The position numbers and the translations under genes are program-made. Positions 40,435-50,488 of a stretch of DNA of 64,000 bases are shown piece by piece. Each line of letters begins with the position of its first letter. Positions within the stretch are counted from its first letter, which is position 1. Location: IMG/VR virus record IMGVR_UViG_3300025030_000050, positions 1 through 64,000 of that record; one strand, written 5' to 3'. The stretch is from a virus. The notes beneath the pieces were generated by a model. It was not told the DNA's origin. It did no database searches and saw nothing but the letters and a program-made list of their open reading frames with translations.

Positions 40435-41664
40435 ATGTTAGAACAAATTGAGATTAAAAAATTTCAATGTCACGACAATTCTGTTATTAATCTTGCTCCA
40501 GGTGTTAATATTATTTCTGGTTCGTCAGATCATGGCAAAACAAGCGTATTTAGAGCTATTGGGCTGGTTAAAAATAACAGTCCTTCCGGATATCGTTATA
40601 AACCATGGCAGGCAAAGAAAAAAGACGTAACAATTATTGGTCTTAAGTTTGATAATGGCAAAGTAGAAAGAAGAAGATCGGATACAATTGATGAATATCT
40701 TATTCAGGCTTCAAATTGTTCAACCGACCCATTTAAAGCCATGAATAGGCAAGTGCCAGAACAAATATCTGAATTTTTAAATTTAAATGAATATAATTTT
40801 CAGAGTCAGCACGATCCCCATTTTTTCATTTCTAAAACGCCGGGCGAAAGGGCAAAGCTTTTAAATGAAGTAAGTGGATTAGAAATTATAGACAAATCTA
40901 CTTCTAAAATAAATTCGTTAATTAAAGAAAATAATTCACTTTTAGAAAAATCAAAAGAAGAAATAAAAAATCTTGGCAACAAAAAAGAAAAAATAGAATT
41001 TGTTGTAAAAGCCGATGCTATTTTAACTGATATAGAAGAAGGGGTTGAAAAAGAAAATAAATTAACTGCAAACAATAATATATTATCAAATTATTGTCAG
41101 AGTATAGAAAAGCTACAAACAGTAATTGATGACAATAAAGAGTTCTTGCTAATCAAAGCCAGTTTTGATTTAATTCAATCATTAATTAATAAAAACGAGT
41201 TTTTAACAACAGCTAATGAAAAAATTATTCAATATGTTGATAAAATAACAGTTCTTGCCAACATAATTGATGATAAAAAAGAATTTTTAAAAATAAAAGA
41301 CTTGACAAATAAGCTAGAATCTGATATAGATAATTACAAAGCCTCTTATTTAGATAATGAAAAGATTAAAAAATATTGCCTTGATTTAAAAGAAAATGAA
41401 GACAATGTTACTTCAGTTAAAGAATGGCTAGGGGTAAAAACATTGTATACCTCTAGCATTCAATATAAAGCCCGCTACGACGAATTAGAGGTAAAACAAG
41501 CTACCCTACTAGCTTATATTGAAAAAGCCCTTACAATTGATTCTAGGGCCATAGAATTGGATAATAAAGTAACGGAGTTGAAAAGAAAGAAAGAACAGTA
41601 TATGAAAAAGTTCGGCATTTGCCCATTTTGTGGCAGAGGTGATGGCGATGAAAGCAAATTATGA
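40435..41664 (+). CDS. SbcC/Rad50-like ATPase, N-terminal half
   Basis: IKKFQCH, Walker A GSSDHGKT, Q-loop, coiled coil, terminal CPFCG hook; no Walker B. Confidence 0.85.
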   Translation: MLEQIEIKKFQCHDNSVINLAPGVNIISGSSDHGKTSVFRAIGLVKNNSPSGYRYKPWQAKKKDVTIIGLKFDNGKVERRRSDTIDEYLIQASNCSTDPFKAMNRQVPEQISEFLNLNEYNFQSQHDPHFFISKTPGERAKLLNEVSGLEIIDKSTSKINSLIKENNSLLEKSKEEIKNLGNKKEKIEFVVKADAILTDIEEGVEKENKLTANNNILSNYCQSIEKLQTVIDDNKEFLLIKASFDLIQSLINKNEFLTTANEKIIQYVDKITVLANIIDDKKEFLKIKDLTNKLESDIDNYKASYLDNEKIKKYCLDLKENEDNVTSVKEWLGVKTLYTSSIQYKARYDELEVKQATLLAYIEKALTIDSRAIELDNKVTELKRKKEQYMKKFGICPFCGRGDGDESKL

Positions 41665-42074
41665 TAACCTTCTTCTCAAACTAAAAACAATTCCAGTTCT
41701 GTGCGGTCGTTGCTATAACTATGTAGATAAAGTCTATCAAGCAACTTGTGAAGAAAAGCCAGAAGAATTTGACAATTTTATTCACGGCACATATTATTGT
41801 CCCGATTGTGGGGCAATGGTAGTTGCTGGTCTTCCTCATCCAGACGTATGTGAAAAGTGTTTAAATGAGAAAAAGGATTAAGTGTTGGGGTTAAATATGC
41901 ATGAAAAATGTATAAAGTGTAAATATAGAGAACATTATGTGAGTAATTCAAACCAAGATCATATCAATTTGTGTATAGTTTTACCATATGAAGAAGATGA
42001 GGAAATAACGACTTGGCTTGATGTTGAAGATTTTGATTCATCAGATTGTTGTTATTTCAAAGAGGTTAGGAATA

Positions 42075-42542
42075 TTGAGTAAGACTAAACTAAAATCAAT
42101 TGATATTGAAATAGCAGTCGCGGCTTATTTAAATTTCAGGCATAATTTAATTGTGCCTAATGTGTGTTGGGGCATTCATATTCATGAATGTGATTTGCTT
42201 GTCATTACTAAAGCTGGTTACGCATGGGAAGTTGAAATTAAAGTTAGTAAAGCCGATTTAATAAAAGACACAGATAAGAGGCATGGGCATAAAGACAATC
42301 GAATTAAAGACCTTTATTTTGCCATGCCTGAAGAAATGAAAGATTGCATAGACCATGTTCCAGAACGAGCGGGTATTATTTTAGTTAAAAACAATTTGAG
42401 ATGCCAGACCATTAAAAAGCCTATTTCAAATCGAAATGCAGTCCCATTTAGTGATAGAGAAAAATATAAAGTTGCGAGACTGGGTGCGTTACGTATTTGG
42501 GGACTGAAAAGAAAAATTATTAAGAAAGATAAAGAGGATTAG
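42075..42542 (+). CDS. PD-(D/E)xK nuclease-fold protein (MmcB-like)
   Basis: HECDLL...EVEIKVSKADL..D, YFAMP, AGII. Confidence 0.7.
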   Translation: MSKTKLKSIDIEIAVAAYLNFRHNLIVPNVCWGIHIHECDLLVITKAGYAWEVEIKVSKADLIKDTDKRHGHKDNRIKDLYFAMPEEMKDCIDHVPERAGIILVKNNLRCQTIKKPISNRNAVPFSDREKYKVARLGALRIWGLKRKIIKKDKED

Positions 42543-43475
42543 ATGAAGATGTTATGTTTTGGTGATATTCATGCCAGATCAAATAACCCCAGATATAGGG
42601 TTGATGAATATTGGCAAACTTTATTGAATAAAATAGAATTTGGGCTAAATCTTGGGCTTGCTAATAATTGTGAATATGTTGCCATGCCTGGAGATATCTT
42701 TGAAACACATAGAGTTTCAAATGCTGTTATTAGCAAAATGATAGATACAATGCTTAAATATGGATATTTAAACATGACTTTTTTAGGCGTAGTTGGCAAT
42801 CATGACGCACCATTTCATAATTTGAAATTGGAAAATTGTCCACTAAATGTTTTACAATCAGCACAAGTATTGGAAATTTTAGATAAAAACCCATATAACG
42901 ACGATACTGCAAGTGATGGCAAGATTAATTTTTACGGTGCAAGTTGGGGTCAAACAATTCCTGAAATTAAAGATAAAGCAGCTTTTAATATTTTATTAAT
43001 TCATAAAATGATAATTGGTGAAGACAAGATTTGGGAAGGGCAAGAACATTATGTCAGTGCTCGTACATTACTCGCTAAAAATGGATTCGATTTAATTATA
43101 TCTGGGGATAATCATAATTGTTTTACTTCTGAATATTCAAAAAAAGTTTTACTGAATATGGGGAGTTTGGGTCGTATGACGGCTGGACAATTAGAGCATA
43201 AGCCGAAAGTTGCTATTTATGATACTAGCAATAGAACATATGAATTGTTTGAAGTTCCAATTCAACCTTCTTCAGTTGTTTTCAATTTAGATGAGATCAG
43301 ACATAAAAAACAAATAGCTGAAGAAAATGCTAAAATAAAAGAATATGTTAATTTTCTTAGTAGCAATGAAGAAAAGCAGGATTGGAATTATGTAAAGAAT
43401 TTAAATAATTTTATGCTCAATAATGACATAAGAGACGAGATTAAAGAAATTGTCTTACAGACATTGGAGGATTGA
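42543..43475 (+). CDS. SbcD/Mre11-like nuclease
   Basis: GDIH, GDIFE, GNHD, SGDNH, NMGSL.R. Confidence 0.88.
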   Translation: MKMLCFGDIHARSNNPRYRVDEYWQTLLNKIEFGLNLGLANNCEYVAMPGDIFETHRVSNAVISKMIDTMLKYGYLNMTFLGVVGNHDAPFHNLKLENCPLNVLQSAQVLEILDKNPYNDDTASDGKINFYGASWGQTIPEIKDKAAFNILLIHKMIIGEDKIWEGQEHYVSARTLLAKNGFDLIISGDNHNCFTSEYSKKVLLNMGSLGRMTAGQLEHKPKVAIYDTSNRTYELFEVPIQPSSVVFNLDEIRHKKQIAEENAKIKEYVNFLSSNEEKQDWNYVKNLNNFMLNNDIRDEIKEIVLQTLED

Positions 43476-43476
43476 C

Positions 43477-43680
43477 GTGCCTCTTAGAGATTACTGTTGT
43501 AAAAATTGTCAATTTGTGATAGAAGATAAGTTAGTGTTTGCTGAAAACGAAGCGGAAGCTATTTCATGTCCTAATTGCGGAAGCACTGCTTACAAGCTTC
43601 CTTCATTTGCTAATTTTGTCATAAAAGGGTATAATGCAAAGAACGGATATTCAAAAACAGAGGCTAATAATGGAAAATAA
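43477..43680 (+). CDS. FmdB-like zinc-ribbon protein
   Basis: P..DY.CKNC...CPNCG...F.IKG; GGAGG RBS. Confidence 0.75.
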   Translation: MPLRDYCCKNCQFVIEDKLVFAENEAEAISCPNCGSTAYKLPSFANFVIKGYNAKNGYSKTEANNGK

Positions 43681-43814
43681 GTCTTGGTGTGTTTGCACAA
43701 ATTATAATTGTCAATATGAAGGTGGATATGCGGAACCATATTCATTCTGTCCAGGGTGTGGGAATATTTTAGAGCCAACAAAAATAAGCATTGAAGAAAA
43801 TGTAGAGGAAGACA

Positions 43815-44060
43815 ATGATTGATTTAAAACAGATTTCAACAGATTTAGAAAAATTAAATAAAGAAATTGTAAGTGCTGAAAAAGAACTTCTACAAGCTGA
43901 GGCTCAAAGAGATTTGCTTCAAAAACAAGGTTTAGAATTTGGCGTAAAAAATGTCAAAGAAGCTAAAAAGCAGATACTAGATAATGACAAAGAATTGGCA
44001 GATCTAGCTAATGAAATAGAAGAAAAATATAATAACTTAAAGGCTTTGTATGAATGGTAA
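43815..44060 (+). CDS. short coiled-coil protein (possible SbcC arm piece)
   Basis: heptad-rich 81 aa located between the SbcC halves. Confidence 0.55.
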   Translation: MIDLKQISTDLEKLNKEIVSAEKELLQAEAQRDLLQKQGLEFGVKNVKEAKKQILDNDKELADLANEIEEKYNNLKALYEW

Positions 44061-44234
44061 ATTGATTTTAAGGAAAATATGGGACCATATTGCAAGATGT
44101 TTGGGGATTGTAGCGGTTATATTTATTATTTCATTTTGGCTAGGGTTCGGATTTTATTTTGGCATAATCTCAGCCTCTAATTTAGATTTCCTTATTTATG
44201 GATAATTTTTAATAGTATAAAATATATTAAAACA

Positions 44235-44939
44235 ATGATAAATAAAACAGAATTATCAAATATAAGAACAAAAGTCAATGACTTACTTGCTGATTTAAGG
44301 TCTTTAAACTCTTCTTTAAAAAATGAAGAAGAGAAAAAAATTAAGTATGAAAAGTACGGCCTCAGTGCTTTAGAGGCGAGAGCAATAATTCAGAATGTTT
44401 CGAAATCAACACAACAATTACTTGAAAAACAATTTAATTCGCTAGTCACACTTGCCATACAATCTGTATTTCAAGACGATAGAGAATTTTCAATTGAATT
44501 TGTTGAAAAACGGAACAAGACAGAAGTTGAATGTTTTATAATTAAAGACGGACAAAAAATAGGACTATATGAAGGAGGTGGGGGATTAGTTGATGTAACA
44601 GCTATTGGTTGCACAATCGCTTTCTGGAATTTAGAGAGAAAAACAAGACCTATTTTTATTTTAGATGAAAAGTTCAAATTTCTCCATAGCCCGACATTAC
44701 AGAAAAATTTGAGTCAGGTTTTAAAACTTATATCAGAAAAATTGGGCCTGCAATTTATTTTAATAACCGATCAATCTGATATTGTTGGTGATAAAGAATT
44801 CGGCGTTATTAAAGGCGAAATTTATGAAGTAAAGCCAACAGAAATTCAATGTCCTGAATGCGGAATAGCTTGTCTTTACTCTTATGTAAAAGACCAGACA
44901 GAAATATTTAGATGTAAGAATTGCGATTATATGGAGTAA
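44235..44939 (+). CDS. SbcC/Rad50-like ATPase, C-terminal half
   Basis: coiled coil, signature-like GGGGLVD, Walker B FILDE, QFILIT; C-terminal CPEC..CKNC. Confidence 0.82.
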   Translation: MINKTELSNIRTKVNDLLADLRSLNSSLKNEEEKKIKYEKYGLSALEARAIIQNVSKSTQQLLEKQFNSLVTLAIQSVFQDDREFSIEFVEKRNKTEVECFIIKDGQKIGLYEGGGGLVDVTAIGCTIAFWNLERKTRPIFILDEKFKFLHSPTLQKNLSQVLKLISEKLGLQFILITDQSDIVGDKEFGVIKGEIYEVKPTEIQCPECGIACLYSYVKDQTEIFRCKNCDYME

Positions 44940-45180
44940 AAATGAAAATTTTATGTATTAAAGATGTTATAATGCAGGATGGAGAAATTGCTTTTTATAA
45001 AAATAAATCATACTTTACCTCATTCGATCCAGATAAAATAAATTTTAATATTATTGACCATGTTGGGTTGTTTGCGGTTAATAGTGAAATATCCTTAGAA
45101 CATAATATGACAAGACATTTTTTAAAAGAACATTTTTCATTGGATAAACATGAAGATAAGACAGTTATAGTGGAGTAAAA

Positions 45181-45699
45181 ATGAAAATCGTTATAATCTT
45201 AAATGGTTATCCACGTAGTGGTAAAGATAGCTTTGCCAAATTTATAGGCCAGGCTTTGTTAGATAAAGGCGTACAAACCGATATTGTCAGTTCTGTATGT
45301 AATGTTAAAGATGCGGCAAAAATTTTGGGTTGGGATGGCGAAAAAACAGAAGTAAATAGAAAAGCTTTGTCTGATTTAAAAGATTTGTCTACAAAATATT
45401 GGGAAGGCCCATTCAATTTAATGTCAAATTGTGTCATGAAGATGAAAGAAAATCATTGCTTCGTATTCATGATTAGAGAACCAGAAGAAATTGAAAAATT
45501 TGTAGCTAGATTTCCACAATCAGTTTCGGTATTTATGAAAAGAGATGAGGCGAAAATAGATTGTCTTAATCACGCCGATCAAAGCGTAGAAAATTATATT
45601 TATGATTATTACATTTACAATAACGAAGATTTAAAAAATTTATCAACTCAAGCACAGTTATTAATAGAAAGGATAATTTATTATGGACAAACTAGATAA
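45181..45699 (+). CDS. P-loop nucleotide kinase-like protein
   Basis: NGYPRSGKD, IREPEE, NHAD..V. Confidence 0.7.
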   Translation: MKIVIILNGYPRSGKDSFAKFIGQALLDKGVQTDIVSSVCNVKDAAKILGWDGEKTEVNRKALSDLKDLSTKYWEGPFNLMSNCVMKMKENHCFVFMIREPEEIEKFVARFPQSVSVFMKRDEAKIDCLNHADQSVENYIYDYYIYNNEDLKNLSTQAQLLIERIIYYGQTR

Positions 45700-46097
45700 G
45701 GAAAAATTAGACTTGCTCCAAGCCATGGCAATTTTATTTGAAGAATACGAAGATGTTGCCAGTCATACAATTGATTGCAGTATTAGCTTTGGTGACGATC
45801 CTTGTGAAGTACATTACTACAGTCCAGAAGAAGACAAGCCATTTTGCACAAGGTATGAAGAATGAAAATAGAACTAGAAGAAAATCAAGCCGCTTTGATC
45901 CTAACCCTTGAAGAAGATGGAGAAAGCTGCAATATGAGAATTGTTTATGACAGAGGCCATGACGATTTTCTACCAATTAATATCCAAATGTTATACGCTG
46001 TTGCGGAATTATTTCAAGGCAGTGAACAATTTATGGAAAGTATTCATAAAACAATTGTTGAAATTTTTAAAGAACCCACAACACATTAGGAGCGGTT

Positions 46098-46772
46098 ATG
46101 GAAGTAAAGGTTTTAGGTGAATATGGTTATGAATTTGCAAGATATGGATTTTCTCTAAGTTTTAAAGAGAGGTCTATTAAACCAACTGATTGGATGCTTT
46201 GCCCTAAAAATTGTCACAAAGAGTGCAGCGATTGTGATATTTTTGAAAGGCAGCAACATTATGATAAAGTTTTAATTAAAAATGCAAATAGAGAAGGGGG
46301 CCACAATAAATTTTTAGAACACATATCTGTTTGGCTTGATGTTGAAGCTCCGTTAGAACTATGGAAGCAAATCGACACCTATCGGGTCGGTCCAAGTAAA
46401 CAGTCAGAGTCAACAATGCATACTTTAGATAAAAGAGATATGGCTGTTGAAGATTTTGATTTAGACGAAAAAGAACTAGAAAAAGAATGTATTTTAGACC
46501 CAACTGACATTGGGGACAAAAACCCTAGCTTAAAGCATATTTTAGGTTTATATTTGCAATATCTTAATTTTATGCCGTCAAGAATTAAGTCGAAACTATT
46601 ACCTCAAGGTTACAAACAAAGGCGTGAAATTGTTTTAAACTACAAAGTATTGCGACATATTATCAACCAAAGAAAGGGACATAAATTACCTGAATGGCAA
46701 TTTTTTATTAAATCAATTTATGAGCAAATTGAAAGACCAGAACTATTGCCCGAATACCCATATGAAAGATAA
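46098..46772 (+). CDS. divergent ThyX-like (FAD-dependent thymidylate synthase fold) protein
   Basis: GH.KFLE, Q.DTYR.....QSES, LLPQG, NY..LRHI..QR..H.LPEW. Confidence 0.7.
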   Translation: MEVKVLGEYGYEFARYGFSLSFKERSIKPTDWMLCPKNCHKECSDCDIFERQQHYDKVLIKNANREGGHNKFLEHISVWLDVEAPLELWKQIDTYRVGPSKQSESTMHTLDKRDMAVEDFDLDEKELEKECILDPTDIGDKNPSLKHILGLYLQYLNFMPSRIKSKLLPQGYKQRREIVLNYKVLRHIINQRKGHKLPEWQFFIKSIYEQIERPELLPEYPYER

Positions 46773-46939
46773 ATATTATAAAAATATGACATTCTGTGTC
46801 TTTGAAGAATGTACGTTCTATCAAGATTGTGGTAGGAGATTAACAGAAAAAGATAAAAAAGATGCCATTGAATGGTTTGGGTCTGACAAAGCCATAATTC
46901 AAATTTATCTTGATAAACCATATTGTTTTGAAGGAGAAG

Positions 46940-47530
46940 ATGAAAATATACTGTGATTATGACAGCACTCTTAATACCTTAGCTCAGGCTTGGACAGATT
47001 GGGCAAATAGGCTTTATCATACTAATATTACTACAAAAGACATTTTGCACTGGAATTGGATGGGAGAAAGATTCGGAGGAAGTGTTAATGATTTTTGGAA
47101 AAATGCCGATATTTATAAGAATGATGTTGTCACCGTACTTCCTGGTTCAATTCCTTTTATAAAAACCTTACAATCTTTATTTGGGAAAGAAAATGTATTT
47201 ATTGTAACCCATTCATGGCCGGGAACAGAAGTAGAAAAAGACAAACAAATTAGAAGAAAATTTGGTTTTATAAATATTATTCATGAAGCAGATAAATTTA
47301 GAGTAACAAATGATGGGATTTTAATTGACGACAGAGCCTGTACAGTAGGCTATCATTGTCAGATAAATAAAATGAGAGGAATTGTATTTAACAATAACAA
47401 CAATTACGGTTGGTCAACAAAAGAATTTATTGAAGATTTTGAAACAGTACAGACCTTAGTTAGCTTTAAACAAAGCTATGAAGATACTTTCGAATATTTG
47501 GTTAAATTATATAAAGATGGTGTTTATTAA
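46940..47530 (+). CDS. 5'(3')-deoxyribonucleotidase (HAD, NT5C-like)
   Basis: CDYDSTL, IVT, K...W-type segment, LIDD. Confidence 0.8.
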   Translation: MKIYCDYDSTLNTLAQAWTDWANRLYHTNITTKDILHWNWMGERFGGSVNDFWKNADIYKNDVVTVLPGSIPFIKTLQSLFGKENVFIVTHSWPGTEVEKDKQIRRKFGFINIIHEADKFRVTNDGILIDDRACTVGYHCQINKMRGIVFNNNNNYGWSTKEFIEDFETVQTLVSFKQSYEDTFEYLVKLYKDGVY

Positions 47531-47531
47531 T

Positions 47532-48235
47532 ATGAAATACATGGGGAGTAAAAGGAGAATTGCAAAACACATATTGCCAATAATTTTAAAAGATAGAAAA
47601 GAAGAACAATGGTATGTAGAACCATTTGTCGGTGGTGCAAACATAATTGATAAAGTAGTTGGTAATAGGATTGGAGCAGATTGCAATGGATATTTAATTG
47701 CTCTTTTAAAAGAAATGCAAAATGATGAAATGATTTTCCCTTTATTGGGGAAGAAAAATACAAAGAGATCCGGCAGAATAAAGAAAAATATCCAAGTTGG
47801 TTAGTAGGATATGTTGGCTTTCAATTATCTTTTGGCGCTAAGTTTTTTGGTGGATATAGAAGAGATAGCAAAAGTGTCAGAAATTATGAAAATGAAGCTA
47901 TGCAAAATTTAAAAGCACAACAAAATTTAAAAGCACAACAAAATTTAATAAAAGATGTTTTATTTTATTGCAATGATTATAAAAATATTGAAATTCCTAA
48001 AAACAGCATAATTTATTGTGACCCCCCATATAAAAATACTACTGGGTATAATAATAAATTTAATCATAATGAGTTTTGGGAATGGTGTGAATTAAAATCA
48101 AATGAAGGGCACAAAGTTTTTATATCAGAATATAAGGCCCCAATAAAATTCAAATGTGTTTGGTCAATGCCAGTAAAGACAAAAATTGATGTAAATTCAA
48201 AGAAGAATAGCATTGAAAAACTTTTTACAATTTAA
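47532..48235 (+). pseudogene. dam: Dam-like DNA adenine methyltransferase split by a -1 frameshift
   Basis: MKYMGSK, EPFVGG in frame 0; SFGAKFFGGY and YCDPPY in the -1 frame; junction near 47735-47744. Confidence 0.8.
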
Positions 48236-48254
48236 TACAAGAAAGAAAATATTG

Positions 48255-48356
48255 TAGATACTGTCAGGAATGGCCTTAACACCGCTTAGGTTAGGCGATT
48301 GGTATATTTAGCATACCTGACTATGGAAGGTAATAAAAATGTCTTAAAACGAATTG
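48255..48356 (+). repeat. dispersed periodic intergenic element, copy C
   Basis: GCGAT-N12-CATACCTGACTATG-N8-TAAAAATGTCTTAAA. Confidence 0.7.
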
Positions 48357-48372
48357 AGGAGGGCGGGTTGGA

Positions 48373-48573
48373 ATGGATACAAAAATAGATGCGTTTAATC
48401 GTACATTTTCAATTTTATGTGTTTGTGTAGTAACTGGATATATGGCTAGCGTTGGTTATGAAGTTTCAGACATTAGCATAATTGTAGAAAAGCTCGCATA
48501 TTTAGCCGGGGCTTATATCGGCGTAAAAGAAGTTGGAAATATCATTGCCTCAGTAAAGGAGAACAAGCAATGA
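48373..48573 (+). CDS. small two-TM membrane protein (holin-like)
   Basis: two hydrophobic segments, charged C-terminus. Confidence 0.45.
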   Translation: MDTKIDAFNRTFSILCVCVVTGYMASVGYEVSDISIIVEKLAYLAGAYIGVKEVGNIIASVKENKQ

Positions 48574-49028
48574 AAGTATTGCTTTATCAAGGAATTAGTG
48601 TTGTATCAAAAATAATCAAATGGCAGACAAGAAGTCAATATAGCCATGCCGCAGTTGAACTAGATGATAGCAGTGTTATTGAATCCTGGCATAAGGGAGT
48701 AGAACACGTTAAAGATTATCGAACAAATCATACTAGCGGAACAGTTGTTGATGTTTTTGGGATTAAAGCTCCATCAGAAAACATCGACCTTGCCGAATCT
48801 ATTTTTCTAAAACAAGTTGGAAGAAAGTATGATTTTCAAGGAGTATTCAATTTTGTAACAAGAGAAGACATTAATGTTGATGAACGCTTGTTTTGTTCTG
48901 AATCAGTTATGACTGGGTTTAATGAAGCAGGTATTTATTTGCTGGAAAGGATTAAACCAAATCTCGTTTCCCCACGTGATATTCATATTTCACCCTTGCT
49001 TTATTTTATTGAGAAAAGAATTGTATAG
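48570..49028 (+). CDS. permuted papain-like NlpC/P60 (YiiX/YebB-like) protein
   Basis: IKW.TRSQYSHAA, GRKYD, FCSE, VSP.D. Confidence 0.8.
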   Translation: MKVLLYQGISVVSKIIKWQTRSQYSHAAVELDDSSVIESWHKGVEHVKDYRTNHTSGTVVDVFGIKAPSENIDLAESIFLKQVGRKYDFQGVFNFVTREDINVDERLFCSESVMTGFNEAGIYLLERIKPNLVSPRDIHISPLLYFIEKRIV

Positions 49029-49610
49029 AGGTAAGTTATGAGAAAAGAAGAATTAAGTAGAGAAATACTGGCTGATGAGGCATGGAAAATGGAGTTAGGC
49101 GATCTTTGTGAAAGAGTTTTGAGATATAGTTATACTCCGGGTATTCATGACGAAATTTTGCTAGAAAGATGTAGAAAGCATGATATTGGAGAAAAACAAA
49201 ATCATCCTAATGAACGTTCTTGATCCATATTTTATAAAAATTGATGAAACCTTAATTCCTTATCTTGGCGATATGCTAACTGAATTGTGTGAGTGCAAGT
49301 TAGAGGTTTGTCTAATCCCATCGCAGAATGACAGCACAAGAGAAGATGGAGGCATGATCAGAGTCTGTATTGGTAAAAATCCGGAGTGGTATAGTAATTT
49401 ATGTTCTTCATATATTAGAAAATCAAAAAAGATAAAGAAACAAAGAACGATTATTAAAAGAAAAAATGTAATTGAATTGTTAGAACATATGATAAGAAAT
49501 GGCTACAGCAAAAGTAAATATTGTGATTATTTGGTTAAAATTGCTACAGATAAGAAACAAGTTGAAGACCAGTACACATTAAATCAATTTGAACCATGGA
49601 ATGATCAATT

Positions 49611-49970
49611 TTGAGGACAATTATAGCTGGATCAAGATCAATTGAAAGTTATATAGAATTATTAAAAGCTATCTCTAAAATTGATTTTAAAATAACAGTT
49701 GTAATAAGTGGTGGAGCACATGGTGCAGACAAATTAGGCGAAAAATATGCAAAAAGACACGGAATTCCATTAGAAATATATGAAGCCAATTGGGATAGAT
49801 ATGGTAAAGGAGCGGGGCATATCAGGAATTCTTTAATGGCTGATAAAGCAGAAGCGTTGATTTGTTTATGGGATGGAAAGAGCAATGGCAGTGCTAATAT
49901 GATTAAAAAAGCAAGGGTGAATAATTTAATTACTAAAGTTTTTATTAAAGGAATGGAAGGGGAAAAATAA
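49611..49970 (+). CDS. SLOG (YspA/DUF2493-like) protein
   Basis: IIAGSR, ISGGA.GAD, YGKGAG.IRN..MA, WDGKS.GS. Confidence 0.85.
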   Translation: MRTIIAGSRSIESYIELLKAISKIDFKITVVISGGAHGADKLGEKYAKRHGIPLEIYEANWDRYGKGAGHIRNSLMADKAEALICLWDGKSNGSANMIKKARVNNLITKVFIKGMEGEK

Positions 49971-50411
49971 ATGACAGTGTGGGTCAATGTTTTGAGAGAA
50001 GACAAGAGTTTGCCAATGCCAGAATTTAATTATGAAGGAGACGCAGGTTTTGACTTAAGAAGCGCAGAAGATGTTGTTATTTATCCAAATATGCCGTTAC
50101 CTGCTAAGATCTCTACTGGAATGAGATTTAGTATCCCTCTAGGATATTGCATGGAAGTTCATTCAAGAAGTGGATTAGCGGCTAAAAATCACTTGTTTGT
50201 AACCAATGGCCCTGGCATAATTGATAGTGTCTATACAGGCATTGTTTACGTATTATTAACTAATTTGGGCGAAGATCCTGTTCATATCAAACACGGTCAA
50301 AGGATTGCACAAGGCATTATTAAGAAATTGCCAGAAGTTATTTTTAAAGAAGTTGATACTATTAAAGAAACTAAAAGGGGTGATAAAGGATTCGGAAGTA
50401 GCGGTATTTAA
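49971..50411 (+). CDS. dut: trimeric dUTPase
   Basis: AGFDL, SRSGLA, GIIDS.Y.G, RIAQ, RGDKGFGSSG. Confidence 0.95.
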   Translation: MTVWVNVLREDKSLPMPEFNYEGDAGFDLRSAEDVVIYPNMPLPAKISTGMRFSIPLGYCMEVHSRSGLAAKNHLFVTNGPGIIDSVYTGIVYVLLTNLGEDPVHIKHGQRIAQGIIKKLPEVIFKEVDTIKETKRGDKGFGSSGI

Positions 50412-50437
50412 AATCTGGTATTAACAATTATCTTAGA

Positions 50438-50466
50438 AAGGCAAGGTATGTACCTTGCCTTGTTTT
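50438..50466 (+). terminator. intrinsic terminator-like hairpin
   Basis: AAGGCAAGGTA-TG-TACCTTGCCTT followed by GTTTT. Confidence 0.65.
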
Positions 50467-50488
50467 GTCTTAGGAGGTTTTTTATAAA

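Noticed and set aside
50412-50488. Cobalamin riboswitch before nrdJ
   Set aside because: The gap is only ~77 nt with a single hairpin and no B12-box.
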